A program made the position numbers and the translations under genes. This document shows positions 1 to 9,983 of a DNA stretch of 64,000 nucleotides, one piece after another. The DNA is from Clostridia bacterium. GTDB taxonomy: Bacteria > Bacillota > Clostridia > HGM11514. Numbering within the stretch: position 1 is the first letter of the stretch; each line of letters opens with the position of its first letter. A model generated the notes under the pieces. That model did no database searches, was not told the origin of the DNA, and saw only the letters and a list, made by a program, of their open reading frames with translations. The DNA lies in NCBI GenBank assembly GCA_045586685.1, contig JAZNAU010000032.1, positions 13,115 through 77,114 on the forward strand. Reading direction: 5' to 3'.

Positions 1-560
1 CTTTCATCGGCCAGTATAAGGTTCGTTCCGTCCTTCGTGTCGAATGCTTCCGGATTCACCACCTTACCCTGAAGCAAGTCCTCTATGCTTGTCTTGAATG
101 GGTTCGGTACCTTCCCGTTCATGGCGATGACCACCATCTGTTCGACCAGTCCTGTAGCTTCCGCAACCACCTCCGCCCCTTTCCGGTAGCAGAAGGCGGC
201 ATTCTCCGGATGATGCCTTGCATTGTCTATCATTCTGTTTATCGACCTCATGAGTCTGCCGATTTCAACACACACCGCCTTATAGGCCGCCCCTTCCCTC
301 TTCAGGTTTCCCAGGCTTTCCCTTGCCAGCATGTCCGCTGACTTCATCACGTTCCGGACAGTCACTTTACTGAGGAGTTTCTGTCTGTTGTTTCTTGTGG
401 AATCCACCTGTGCCGTATAAAGGATTTCATTCCCTTCCGCCACACCGGTATTGCTGATGACCTGTTCGGTTGTCTTCTTGTCGTAGACGACCTTGTATTG
501 TCCGTACATTGTTCCGCATCCGGCACAAAGAATGAATGCCATAATATAAAATAGTTTCAT
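1..560 (-). CDS. Secreted conjugative-transfer protein (TraI-like family), runs off window edge
   Basis: ATG at 560 just after the traG stop. Signal peptide MKLFYIMAFILCAGCGTMYG, and the frame is open to the window edge. Resembles the protein at 47182..47868. Confidence 0.6.
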   Translation of the reverse strand, partial: MKLFYIMAFILCAGCGTMYGQYKVVYDKKTTEQVISNTGVAEGNEILYTAQVDSTRNNRQKLLSKVTVRNVMKSADMLARESLGNLKREGAAYKAVCVEIGRLMRSINRMIDNARHHPENAAFCYRKGAEVVAEATGLVEQMVVIAMNGKVPNPFKTSIEDLLQGKVVNPEAFDTKDGTNLILADE

Positions 561-574
561 ACTACCTCCTTCCC

Positions 575-3472
575 CTATTGTTTAAGCACCCTTTCGTCCC
601 GTACAATCCGGTATGCGAACACGCCCTTTTCATGTTCACCGTAATATTCCCAGTCTTCATAATACTTTTTTGTCCCGGTCTTCTCGTCACCGTAATGGGA
701 AGCATATATTTCGATGGCCCGGTTCATTATGCGGGCATATTTCTCCGCCTTGGACTTTTCCCCGCAACAGGCAATCCAATCTTCACAGAAACGGCTGATG
801 GCCGTCTCGTAATCCCTGTATTTCTTCAGGTATCGTTTCAACGCATCCTTTTCTATGCGTTCGGTGGTATATGCCATATACGACTGAGGAGATTCCTCCA
901 CACCGAACACGTCACCCTTGTTCCCGCGTCTGATATAGACTTCCTTGAAGAATCCTCTACCTGCCTTGTTGTCAAGCGTGTTTATAGTCCATATCTTCCG
1001 CTGTTCCACTTCCGACAGTCCGAGCATCCTTGCAATTTCTTCGTATCTTTCCTTGAACTTGGACTGGTCAAGCAAGATGGTAATGTCCGAGTTGTTGACG
1101 ATGGCTTCCTTCACGGTCGGGTTTGAAATGATGTCGTTGACTTCCTGCGTGACCACTCCCACGATACCCCAGAATTTTCTCACTGTCTTGTACAGGTAGA
1201 GGATATATCCTGCCATCATTGGCGAGGATATCGCTTTCCAGGCTTCTTCGATGATGAGTGCCTTACGGTTGCTTTTCAGTCTCATCTTCTGGATGAACAC
1301 GTCCATGATAATCAAGGTCACGATAGGGAAAAGGATGGGGTCATCCTTTATCGCATCGATTTCAAAAACAATAAAGGACTGGTCGAACAGTGAGCCTTCC
1401 ATATCCTTGTTCAGTGTCTTCTCGAACTTTCCACCCTTGTAGAACGCTCCCAGTAGATAGGAGAATTCCTTCATATTGAAGCTGATGCCTTTCGTATCGC
1501 AAAGGATCGGGATGTACCGGATGGAGAAGTCATAGAATGAGTTGAAGGACAGTTCCGTTACCTTGATGCTTTTCAGCCTGTCTTCAAGGATCTGTATCTG
1601 CCTGTCAATTTTCTGGTCTATCTTCTTCAGCTTGGCTTCTTTCGGGTCATCCAGTTCCGCACGGGTAAAGCCGTTTTCCGAGAGGATACGCTGTATCGCT
1701 GTAGTGGCGTTTATCTTTTCCCCTCCTTCCCCTTTTACTGCGAGCTGTTCCAGCTTCTTGACCTTATCGGCTATCTTCTTCCTTTCGGAGAGTTCCTCCT
1801 CCGACAATTCATAGCTTTCGTTGGAAAGCTGTAGGCTCATGAGTTCCTTCATCTCCTTGCGTTTCTCTTCGGTGTATCCTTGGAACGGAGTGAAGTAGAA
1901 GTCATAGTAAACCTTGATGGTCTCATCAATGATGCTGTCCTCCAGTTTGCTTACCGCACCGTTTGAACCTTTCCATATCAGGAGTATCAATGATTTCAGG
2001 AAGTTCTGCTTCTCGATGTTGTATTCCTCCCTGTTGATGTAGAAAGGATTCATCGTTATCGGGTTTTCTTCCGAGTAGGATATGTATGTACCCTTGAAAT
2101 ATTGGCACAGTGCCTCGTAGGAATTACCGGTGTCAATCATGACTACATCCGTCTTCTGCTCATGCATCTGTCTTACGACTGAATTCATATGGAATGACTT
2201 TCCGCTTCCGGAAGGTCCGAAACATACGAAGTTGGAGTTCTGTGTAAGCTTCAGTTCTCCTTCCTTCCCGGTGATGTCAATGAAGATGGGTACGCCCTGC
2301 CGGTCCGTATAGCTGATTTTAAGAGGTGTGTTTTCGGAAACCTTCATTCTTTCCTTGGTGAGAAAGCACACTGCTGCATCGTGCAGGCAAAGGAACTTGC
2401 TGTACGATTCAAGTGAAAAGGCGTTTCCGGGGAAATTGTTGATGAACAGTTCCAGTTGGTTGTAGGCGTTCTTGTTGATTGTAATGCCCTGGTCATAGAA
2501 CTGTTTCTCCAGATAATTGAATGCCTTTTCCATATGATGTTCATCGTTGTCTGTCACTATCATGACAGTAAAGTTCGTATAGACAAGCAGACGGTTCTCC
2601 ACAGCGATGTCATGGATGACGTTCTCGATATCCTTTGCGGCCAGCAGGTTTGCAGGATCCGGAAAATTCTTCTTGCGGTTCATGTTGGCATTCAGTTTGC
2701 CGTTCTCTTTCCGTTGGTTGGGAATGATGATGTTCTGCGTATATACGACGCATTCCGCTTCCGGTACCGTCCCCATAAATGAGAACAGGTCAACCGGCAG
2801 TCCCTTGTTCATGGAGAAAGGTTTTATCTGCGGTGGGAGCAGCACTTCGTCAATGTCCACCAAATCAATCATCTTGATAATCTTTTCTCCGCATTTCACA
2901 TGGTTGTCCATGTGCTTGAAATTGTTCAGTGAGAATTTTCCTTTCTTGAAGGAAACACCCAGGTATCTTTTGAGGTATTCCGTAATCTCCCTTGAGTCGA
3001 GGATATGGAAGGAAACCTTTTCCCCGATAAGTATATCCTGTATCTTCTGGAGTTTGTTCCAGAACTCGCCCCATTTCTTCTTGTCAAAGAGGTAGAAGGA
3101 GGAACGTTTCAGTTCCTGTGTGATGATGATGTAGCTTGTCAGTGCCGTATATTCCCTGCCTTCAAAATAGCTCATGTATGACCGGCTGAGGAACGGAGTG
3201 TTTTCAGGAAGTTCCGTGTGGAAACTCTGCTTGCAGAATATGTCCTGTTTCTGCAAGGCATAACCGTCGCCGAGTGTCTTCAGCAGACTGGTGTAAATTT
3301 CGCAAGCCTTGTAGTACGCATCAATATCCGCACAATACTGTTCTACCGGGTTGTCAATCCTGATAATGACGGAGAAATTGCCTTTGCGGGTATAGGCTAC
3401 CCCTACTCCCGGCATTTCGTCCTTTACTGCCTGGTACAGTCCGTCAAATTGTGTCTTCTTGTTCTTAGCCAT
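575..3472 (-). CDS. traG: TraG/VirB4-family conjugation ATPase
   Basis: 965 aa. Walker A GPSGSGKS, Walker B LIIEEAWK and YKTVRKFWG, typical of Bacteroidales TraG. Confidence 0.93.
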   Translation of the reverse strand: MAKNKKTQFDGLYQAVKDEMPGVGVAYTRKGNFSVIIRIDNPVEQYCADIDAYYKACEIYTSLLKTLGDGYALQKQDIFCKQSFHTELPENTPFLSRSYMSYFEGREYTALTSYIIITQELKRSSFYLFDKKKWGEFWNKLQKIQDILIGEKVSFHILDSREITEYLKRYLGVSFKKGKFSLNNFKHMDNHVKCGEKIIKMIDLVDIDEVLLPPQIKPFSMNKGLPVDLFSFMGTVPEAECVVYTQNIIIPNQRKENGKLNANMNRKKNFPDPANLLAAKDIENVIHDIAVENRLLVYTNFTVMIVTDNDEHHMEKAFNYLEKQFYDQGITINKNAYNQLELFINNFPGNAFSLESYSKFLCLHDAAVCFLTKERMKVSENTPLKISYTDRQGVPIFIDITGKEGELKLTQNSNFVCFGPSGSGKSFHMNSVVRQMHEQKTDVVMIDTGNSYEALCQYFKGTYISYSEENPITMNPFYINREEYNIEKQNFLKSLILLIWKGSNGAVSKLEDSIIDETIKVYYDFYFTPFQGYTEEKRKEMKELMSLQLSNESYELSEEELSERKKIADKVKKLEQLAVKGEGGEKINATTAIQRILSENGFTRAELDDPKEAKLKKIDQKIDRQIQILEDRLKSIKVTELSFNSFYDFSIRYIPILCDTKGISFNMKEFSYLLGAFYKGGKFEKTLNKDMEGSLFDQSFIVFEIDAIKDDPILFPIVTLIIMDVFIQKMRLKSNRKALIIEEAWKAISSPMMAGYILYLYKTVRKFWGIVGVVTQEVNDIISNPTVKEAIVNNSDITILLDQSKFKERYEEIARMLGLSEVEQRKIWTINTLDNKAGRGFFKEVYIRRGNKGDVFGVEESPQSYMAYTTERIEKDALKRYLKKYRDYETAISRFCEDWIACCGEKSKAEKYARIMNRAIEIYASHYGDEKTGTKKYYEDWEYYGEHEKGVFAYRIVRDERVLKQ

Positions 3473-3612
3473 TATAATCTCCTTTTCTTTTTTGTATATT
3501 TCCGGTAACTGTCCACTGTATAGCTTATTTCCATGATAATTCTTGCCATACCCTCCTTTGTCCTATGGACGGAACTTGTCCGGATCTTGACTTCCACTTT
3601 ATTTTTTTTCAT
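3472..3612 (-). CDS. Small basic protein (46 aa) coupled to traG
   Basis: MKKNKVEVKIRTSSVHRTKEGMARIIMEISYTVDSYRKYTKKKRRL. Its stop overlaps the traG ATG (TAATG), and it is the first ORF after the promoter motif at 3634-3669. Confidence 0.5.
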   Translation of the reverse strand: MKKNKVEVKIRTSSVHRTKEGMARIIMEISYTVDSYRKYTKKKRRL

Positions 3613-3632
3613 CTTCTTATATCATTATAGCC

Positions 3633-3717
3633 GCAAATTTCGTTTGTGTTGTTATCAAAAAATTCACTTTTGGGAAAAAGGTGTAAAAAAAGTCCCGTGA
3701 TTCACATCACAGGACTT
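3633..3717 (-). repeat. ~85-bp terminator+promoter repeat, copy 1
   Basis: Near-identical to 26243-26328 and 61495-61579, and related to 43353-43437. Contains hairpin AGTCCCGTGATTCACATCACAGGACT and the GATAAC-N13-TTTG motif. Confidence 0.9.
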
Positions 3718-3768
3718 TTCGATTACTATTTTTCATACATGTTATGAAAAAGCATTTCTATTCTTCCG

Positions 3769-3804
3769 CAAAACAAATTCATCTCGTTATCAAAAAAGTA
3801 ACTT
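3769..3804 (-). promoter_or_regulatory. Class-1 promoter motif (AAGT-N3-T6-GATAAC-N13-TTTG)
   Basis: Same consensus and exact 13-nt spacing as seven other copies. Confidence 0.65.
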
Positions 3805-3995
3805 TTAGAAAATAATTATAAAATTATAAATGGATATATTTATATAATTATATATCTATAAAAGTATATAAATAAGAAACCCCGTGTTTCACAACACAGG
3901 ATTCCAATGTTTAACTAATGTCTTATATGTAAATTTCCACTCATTTATTCAACTCACCTTTTTTATTTATTTCTATTCATTTCATCTACTATTTT

Positions 3996-4565
3996 TTATA
4001 TGTCACCTAAATCTTTTTGGATTTTGGTTTCTACATTCTGAGAATCAAGATAGCGAATTACTACTACACCTTCATAAATATCAGTAGTTTTGTCTATGGA
4101 TAACATTATTATACCACCTGTAACTTCCCATACACTAATCCATTCAACAGTTCCTTGATGGACTTCCCGCATTAAAGCTGTATTGGAATCTGAAAGAGCT
4201 GGATTCTTTTCTTTTGAATTTGTTGGTTCTCCGTATTTTTTTGAATATAATTTTTTATAATAATCATAATTATCAACGAGTTTATTCCATTCTCCACTTG
4301 GATCAAACAAAACACTTACCCCATAAACATTCTTTTTATCTACTGTAGCTTCAACTGCTATTATAGCATTCTGTCCAGTAAAGTCACCTAAAAACAATCT
4401 AATATTGTTTTTTTGGCCAATAGTCTTAAATCCTATTGTATTTAATTTCTGGCAAAATTCTGTAACACTACCTTTAATCGGAATACCTTTAAAAGAAAGA
4501 TGTTCTTCTGCCATTAAGTTAATGACAGAAATAACCAACAATAAAGTAAAAATTAGTTTTTTCAT
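3996..4565 (-). CDS. Secreted hypothetical protein
   Basis: 189 aa with an N-terminal signal peptide. More AT-rich than the flanking genes. Confidence 0.75.
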   Translation of the reverse strand: MKKLIFTLLLVISVINLMAEEHLSFKGIPIKGSVTEFCQKLNTIGFKTIGQKNNIRLFLGDFTGQNAIIAVEATVDKKNVYGVSVLFDPSGEWNKLVDNYDYYKKLYSKKYGEPTNSKEKNPALSDSNTALMREVHQGTVEWISVWEVTGGIIMLSIDKTTDIYEGVVVIRYLDSQNVETKIQKDLGDI

Positions 4566-4574
4566 AATAGCATT

Positions 4575-5492
4575 TTACTGTATTACCAACGGAATTTCCT
4601 CCAGTGTCCAATCCTTGATGGAAACGTTCTCAACACTGATTTCCTCTCCGTTGAAGATAATGTTTATATCACTTAGTTTTCCCTGTTCCCAGTAATTGGC
4701 TTCTTCAGGAAGAACCAATGAATACTGCCGTCCGCTGATGGAAAGAATGATGCTGACCGGTGTAGCTTCATTCTTTCCTCCCTTGGTCGTTATGAGCATC
4801 GGCATGACAACCATACTTGTATAGCTGTCATCGTCATATTCATTATCAAGAACGATACCGATATTGTCCTTTCCGTATTCACCGAAACTGGTATTCGCAA
4901 TTTTACCCGTAATGAGGTCAATCACCCCGGCTACAGGAAGATCCTTTTCCTTTCCCTTGATGGAAATGCTTTCGAGTACCCTTTCATCCGGCATGTTCTG
5001 TTTGCGGATGTTGAATCTCAACAGACTGAGTGCCGGCTTCATGAACACATCGATGCGGTTATAGGAGGCGTTGAAGAAATATTTTGACTTTCCATACAGA
5101 TAGCTTACATCCGTATTTCCTTCTACCGGAACTTTCCTTATATCCGCTATTGAACTGTAGGGGAAGTAGGCATATGCCTCCATATTCTCCTTACCTGCCA
5201 TCACACCAGTTGACATCTTCCATTCTCCTCTTGCATAATATGCCTTGATGTTGGAATTGAGCGTATCATTTTCTTCACTACAATTCTTGATGAACAATCC
5301 GATGCAGTCATTGTCGTTGAATCCATGGTTGAACACATTGTCAACGCTGACAAGAAGTTCCATTTCAGTTTCCACCCTTTCATTCTTGCCGAGTCCCGGA
5401 ACCGGATCGACAGGATAGTCATTCTCACCGCCCTTGTTGCAGGATGTGAGGACAGCCAGTCCGAATATCCAATATAATATGTTCCTTTTCAT
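4575..5492 (-). CDS. Fimbrillin-family (type V pilus) lipoprotein
   Basis: Lipobox LTSC, AYFPY motif and C-terminal VSIKDW strand. Confidence 0.8.
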   Translation of the reverse strand: MKRNILYWIFGLAVLTSCNKGGENDYPVDPVPGLGKNERVETEMELLVSVDNVFNHGFNDNDCIGLFIKNCSEENDTLNSNIKAYYARGEWKMSTGVMAGKENMEAYAYFPYSSIADIRKVPVEGNTDVSYLYGKSKYFFNASYNRIDVFMKPALSLLRFNIRKQNMPDERVLESISIKGKEKDLPVAGVIDLITGKIANTSFGEYGKDNIGIVLDNEYDDDSYTSMVVMPMLITTKGGKNEATPVSIILSISGRQYSLVLPEEANYWEQGKLSDINIIFNGEEISVENVSIKDWTLEEIPLVIQ

Positions 5493-5503
5493 AAACCGTC
5501 CTT

Positions 5504-6400
5504 TTAATTGTCTATAGTTACATCTGAAGAATCATTGCTCCACTTGTCCAGTCTGATGGTACCGGCTACAGCATCCACGAAAATATATACGGTAACTTCT
5601 TCCGTATTCCAATAATGGAGCCGTGCCGAAATGTCAAGATTCAGTTTCCTTTCAACACCCTGTGAATCCGTGAATGTGAAGTACAGGATATTCGTACCTG
5701 TCACACCGAGGAAATTGGCATAACCGGCATAGACGGTCTGATAACCGCCTTCACAAGCCGTTGCCCTGCCCTGTTTCCGGATAGGGAAAGCGAGTACCGC
5801 TTCTTCTCCAGGAGTGATGGAAAAGTTATGGAGATTCATTTCAACCGCCAGTCCGGAGATGTCGATGATACATTTCTCCACCAGTTCCCCGCTGTCCCGG
5901 ATATTGGCAATGAAGTTAATCTTCTTCAGTACCCGCTCCATGGGAATGTACTGTTCCTGTCTTTCGTCCCCGTCAATGCTGATGTTCTGTACCCTTGCAG
6001 TATAGATCATCTCCTGCGGATTGTCCTTTATTTCCCTTTCCCCCCTTTCATTGTAGGTTGTGGGGATTTCAATCTTAGCAGTCTCGAATCTCTGACCGAT
6101 TCCTTTCAGATACTTCAGGTCATGAAGGACCAGTGCATCATATTTCCCTTCGGGAATGTCCATTTCCTCCTTCTCTTCGTCTATCTTGTAACAGTAGAAA
6201 GGTATGTTACCTTCCTGCGGAAACATATATAGCCAACAGTCCTGCAATCCAACCGGGATGCGTCCTGTTTCCGGTTCAGCCGCCGTCCATTGCGTGTTGA
6301 TGATGCTGTTATTTGTCCAGCTGTCTTCCTCAAACGGTTCGCATGATGCGAACATGGAGGCTATTGCAACGACAGTCAAATACTTGAAACCTCTCATCAT
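5504..6400 (-). CDS. Type V pilus anchor-like lipoprotein (Mfa2/DUF5119-like)
   Basis: Lipobox FASC, IPEGKYDALV motif and C-terminal LDKW. Lies within the pilus cluster. Confidence 0.65.
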   Translation of the reverse strand: MMRGFKYLTVVAIASMFASCEPFEEDSWTNNSIINTQWTAAEPETGRIPVGLQDCWLYMFPQEGNIPFYCYKIDEEKEEMDIPEGKYDALVLHDLKYLKGIGQRFETAKIEIPTTYNERGEREIKDNPQEMIYTARVQNISIDGDERQEQYIPMERVLKKINFIANIRDSGELVEKCIIDISGLAVEMNLHNFSITPGEEAVLAFPIRKQGRATACEGGYQTVYAGYANFLGVTGTNILYFTFTDSQGVERKLNLDISARLHYWNTEEVTVYIFVDAVAGTIRLDKWSNDSSDVTIDN

Positions 6401-6404
6401 CCTA

Positions 6405-7325
6405 TTATTTTACAGGTGAAACGACCACATTACCCTTGTCTGTAATTTCCCATTCGTTTACCGAAACGGTAGATACGGACATTTCCGTAGCGTTCATGGT
6501 CAGTGTGAAGTTATATATATAGCCTTGCTTGAACTCTTCGCTCATAGTACCCGATGCGGTGTATTCCTTACCGTCAACGGTAAGCGTAAAGGCAACACCC
6601 TTCTCTTTCAGACCGTTCGGAACGACCATCAGTTCCGTGATGTTGCCCTCGCCTGTCATCGTATAATTTCCGCTCCATGATACGGAAGAACCGGCATTCT
6701 TCACACCCGCCAATGCTCCCGTTCCTACATTCATGGTTGCCTCGGTACCGAAGCCGTCCGAAGCTATGCTGATGGCGGTTACTTTCCCTGTACCGGTATA
6801 TGTTCCCATAACGGTAGTCACACTTACGGCAGAAAGTGCATGTTTCATGCTGAAGTTCACGGTTGCTTCTGCATTGGAAAGACCTTCCACCCATCCGCTG
6901 TACATATAGTCTGTCTGAGTGTCAGTTTCAACCGGAATGGCTGAAATGTCTGTTACACCCGTTGAATACGGATAATATGCGGCTGCTTTACCTTCTGTGG
7001 ATGAAAGGAGTATCTTTCCACCGTCCCATTCCTGTGATTCCTCTTCCCCTGTTGCGGTAAACTTCACATTCTTGTAATCGAAACCGTCATAACTGTTGCC
7101 GTCGGCATCGGTAACGGTAACTCCGATGGTTGAACCGTCGGGAAGATAGGTTCCTTTCTGGATGCTCCTTGAACCGTTGACCCATCCGATTGTCGTACCG
7201 ATGGTAAGGTCCTTCACATGTGCATTGTTGACTTCCAGCATTTCAGTGTCCTCGTTTGTACAGGATACTGCCATCAATGAAGCTGCCATTGCGGCAACAT
7301 ACATCATAAAATTCTTCTTTTCCAT
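6405..7325 (-). CDS. Fimbrillin-family lipoprotein
   Basis: Lipobox AVSC, AYYPY, TDYMY, MKHALS and C-terminal VSVNEW. Close paralog of the N-terminal half of the DGR target. Confidence 0.85.
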   Translation of the reverse strand: MEKKNFMMYVAAMAASLMAVSCTNEDTEMLEVNNAHVKDLTIGTTIGWVNGSRSIQKGTYLPDGSTIGVTVTDADGNSYDGFDYKNVKFTATGEEESQEWDGGKILLSSTEGKAAAYYPYSTGVTDISAIPVETDTQTDYMYSGWVEGLSNAEATVNFSMKHALSAVSVTTVMGTYTGTGKVTAISIASDGFGTEATMNVGTGALAGVKNAGSSVSWSGNYTMTGEGNITELMVVPNGLKEKGVAFTLTVDGKEYTASGTMSEEFKQGYIYNFTLTMNATEMSVSTVSVNEWEITDKGNVVVSPVK

Positions 7326-7337
7326 ATCGTAATATTA

Positions 7338-9110
7338 TTAGTTATACAGTTGGTTATAGAGATTGTTCTCCTTTATCAGTTCCGCTATTTCCGGGTCAAG
7401 TTCCCCCCGTTCAATCTTGCTTTCGTCCATCTTGCAGCTTTTCAGGAAAAGCTGTACCGCCAACTCGTCCATATTGAGCCTTGCGTAAAGGACTGCAAGC
7501 AGATATTCCCTGTCTGCCGTTTCCGGCTGTTCAAGAAGTATGTTCACTGCCGTACCGTTATATCCCAATGACATGTAGCATATGGCGGTGTTCATGTCCC
7601 TGTACTCCAGCAGTTTCGGCATTGCTTCCTTATATTTCCTTTCATCCATCAACTTTATCGCTTCAGCATATTCAGTATCAATTACATCGGTGTACATCAC
7701 GTCTTCCACCATACCTCTGCGTGAGAGATGGAATACAAAGTCCACCGTTCTGAGCTTCGGATAATATTCCATTTTCAGTTTCTTGTAAACGGCAGGGAAA
7801 GCCACGGATATTTTCCGTTCCCGTTCATCAGGATCCTGTGTTTTTTTAATCAAGGCCAATATGTCTTCCTTCTGCTCGATATCGCTTTCAGACAGCATCT
7901 GCATCAATTTGTCCCAATTTTCAGCCTTATACTGTACCTTCACCAAATCAACGGTTTCGGCATTGCTCTGTAGTGCCGGTTCAAGATATTTCTTGAGTGA
8001 TACGGCACGTTTTTCGGCCAGTATTTTGTTCGCCTGGAACGATCCTTCCGGTGAGCATGCCGGTATGAGTACGATGGAGTCCACGATAAATTCGTTACCC
8101 TCGTTGATTTCCTTCATTTTCCGGTAGACTTTCTCTATCTCTTCCCTGTTGTTGTGCAGTGTATCATCCACAACTGTACTTCCTGCCGGGAAGTGGATAT
8201 ATGCACTTGTTGTTTCAGTTACTTTTCTTTCCACCGTTTCACGGATATATCTCGGTTTCCTGTCAAGGAACTGTGTCATGGATGAAATGAAATAGTTCAG
8301 TGTATCACCGCTACGAAGGTGGTAGGTTGCCATTCCCAAGTCTTCCACTTTCGCAGTGAAGTACAGTTTCAGTTTCCGTCTCATCTCTTCCGTCCGGAAA
8401 TCCTGTTTGTAGTAATATTCCAGATTTTTCCGGTTCTTTACGATGGTATCAAGAACCCATGATCGGTTGTACCGTTCGTTACCTTCCGCCCAATGGTCAA
8501 GTTCCCTTACCAATACATCCGTGGTACTGTCATTCCTGTAGAAATATGGGTAGAAATCCTTTCTTCTTTCCACCCTCTTCTTGTTTTTATTGATTCTTCT
8601 GTTCAGTTTCCTTTCTTCATACCATTTCCTTCTTCCGTCCATATTCCGGAATTGTTCACCGGCCACCACGACGGATTTCAGTTCATGTTTCTCTCCTTCA
8701 TTGTCAAGAGTAGGATGTATTGTCACCCTCCAGTCCTTTTTAGTATATGTTTCCGGAACGCTAACCATGAAGGCGATGGTAATGTTCCCGTTCCGTTCCG
8801 GGACGGTCTTGGACTTTGCCGTTACAGTCACCTCGTCAAGCTGCGAGGTAAGCATGTATTCCCCGTTCGTGCTGTCACGCACTGATGTCATTACGGTCTT
8901 CTCCTGTCCGTCCTTATCCTTGAATGTTATATGTTTTCCCGTTTCCACCTTGTTTTCTTCCGTCTTTTTTTCGGCGTTTGCAGGTTGTCGTACATTGACC
9001 AGTCCGCTCACCATATAGGCTTCCTCCAGTCTGCGTTGTGTAGAACATCCGGATAGGATGGAAAAGGCGATGACCGGCATCAATATCGGTAAGGCATGTA
9101 TCTTTTTCAT
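7338..9110 (-). CDS. OmpA-like/TPR lipoprotein of pilus assembly loci (DUF3868-like)
   Basis: Lipobox LSGC, OmpA-like SPEGS..N..LAEKRA..LKKYL, YYPKLR and C-terminal TPR-like helices. Confidence 0.75.
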   Translation of the reverse strand: MKKIHALPILMPVIAFSILSGCSTQRRLEEAYMVSGLVNVRQPANAEKKTEENKVETGKHITFKDKDGQEKTVMTSVRDSTNGEYMLTSQLDEVTVTAKSKTVPERNGNITIAFMVSVPETYTKKDWRVTIHPTLDNEGEKHELKSVVVAGEQFRNMDGRRKWYEERKLNRRINKNKKRVERRKDFYPYFYRNDSTTDVLVRELDHWAEGNERYNRSWVLDTIVKNRKNLEYYYKQDFRTEEMRRKLKLYFTAKVEDLGMATYHLRSGDTLNYFISSMTQFLDRKPRYIRETVERKVTETTSAYIHFPAGSTVVDDTLHNNREEIEKVYRKMKEINEGNEFIVDSIVLIPACSPEGSFQANKILAEKRAVSLKKYLEPALQSNAETVDLVKVQYKAENWDKLMQMLSESDIEQKEDILALIKKTQDPDERERKISVAFPAVYKKLKMEYYPKLRTVDFVFHLSRRGMVEDVMYTDVIDTEYAEAIKLMDERKYKEAMPKLLEYRDMNTAICYMSLGYNGTAVNILLEQPETADREYLLAVLYARLNMDELAVQLFLKSCKMDESKIERGELDPEIAELIKENNLYNQLYN

Positions 9111-9358
9111 GATTCTTCCGTTTCCTCTTCAAATGAGATTGTCAGTTCCCATTTGAAATTGTTCGTATAATAGTAACTGTTCATAATCTTGTCGAACTTG
9201 ACGATAGCACCGAGTTCCTCCAGTTCGTATAGTTTCTTGGACAGGGTTACAGGGTTCACCTTCATTTCCTTGGCCAGTTGTGCCCGTCCTCCGGTCCGAC
9301 CTTTCTCAATCCTTTTGTGAAGCTTGTACAGTCGCTTCATGTTGCTCATAAAATCCAT
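9107..9358 (-). CDS. Small winged-HTH protein
   Basis: 83 aa. TGGRAQLAKEMKVNPVTLSKKLYELEELGA followed by the wing SYYY. Confidence 0.7.
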   Translation of the reverse strand: MDFMSNMKRLYKLHKRIEKGRTGGRAQLAKEMKVNPVTLSKKLYELEELGAIVKFDKIMNSYYYTNNFKWELTISFEEETEES

Positions 9359-9372
9359 ACCCTCCTTGTTTT

Positions 9373-9918
9373 TTAAAATAGATAATTGAAGCTAACGTCA
9401 AACTTTGCGGGAAAAATTCTGAATCCACGTTCATTTCCGTAGTTCCGTGAATTGCTTTTCCATCCGCATTTGTCATAGTCCGCATATCCGGCACCTACAC
9501 CCACTTCCATTTCCACGTTTATCCTTTTGCCGAGAATCCAGCTGTAACCACCTCCGATACCGCCACCGAAACATCTGCCGTCATAACGATATTTATGATT
9601 CATCCATCCACCTACATGAAATCTTGAAGCAATACCATAGGCAGAGATGAACCAGTTTGTATGTGGAGATAGCAACCAGTATCTTGCTCCAGGCATGACC
9701 GTCAGTTGCTGGAATCTTGAATTGTCATTGAACTTGAAAGGGTTGTATAACACCGGAAGATGTAGGGAAACTCTTTTGCCTACAACACAGTTTATTTCCA
9801 CATTGGGCGTTGCTGTCAGCCACATTGTACCGCTTGTCCTTACACCGATGGACTGTGCAAAAGTTATTGCGGTAAAGGCTATAGACATTATATGAATACA
9901 AAACAATCTCTTATTCAT
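9373..9918 (-). CDS. DUF3575-type outer-membrane beta-barrel
   Basis: TPNVE, YNPF, MPGARYW, RYDG, GGGYSW and a terminal aromatic residue (YLF). Confidence 0.85.
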   Translation of the reverse strand: MNKRLFCIHIMSIAFTAITFAQSIGVRTSGTMWLTATPNVEINCVVGKRVSLHLPVLYNPFKFNDNSRFQQLTVMPGARYWLLSPHTNWFISAYGIASRFHVGGWMNHKYRYDGRCFGGGIGGGYSWILGKRINVEMEVGVGAGYADYDKCGWKSNSRNYGNERGFRIFPAKFDVSFNYLF

Positions 9919-9938
9919 AGGGCTTCACTGATTATGGG

Positions 9939-9968
9939 AAGAGGGGAAACGGTACATCTCCCCTCCTC
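9939..9968 (-). terminator. Stem-loop after the major pilin gene
   Basis: GAGGGGA...TCCCCTC inverted repeat between the pilin and DUF3575 genes. May attenuate or stabilise the mRNA. Confidence 0.5.
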
Positions 9969-9983
9969 TTAAAAAAAATACAA

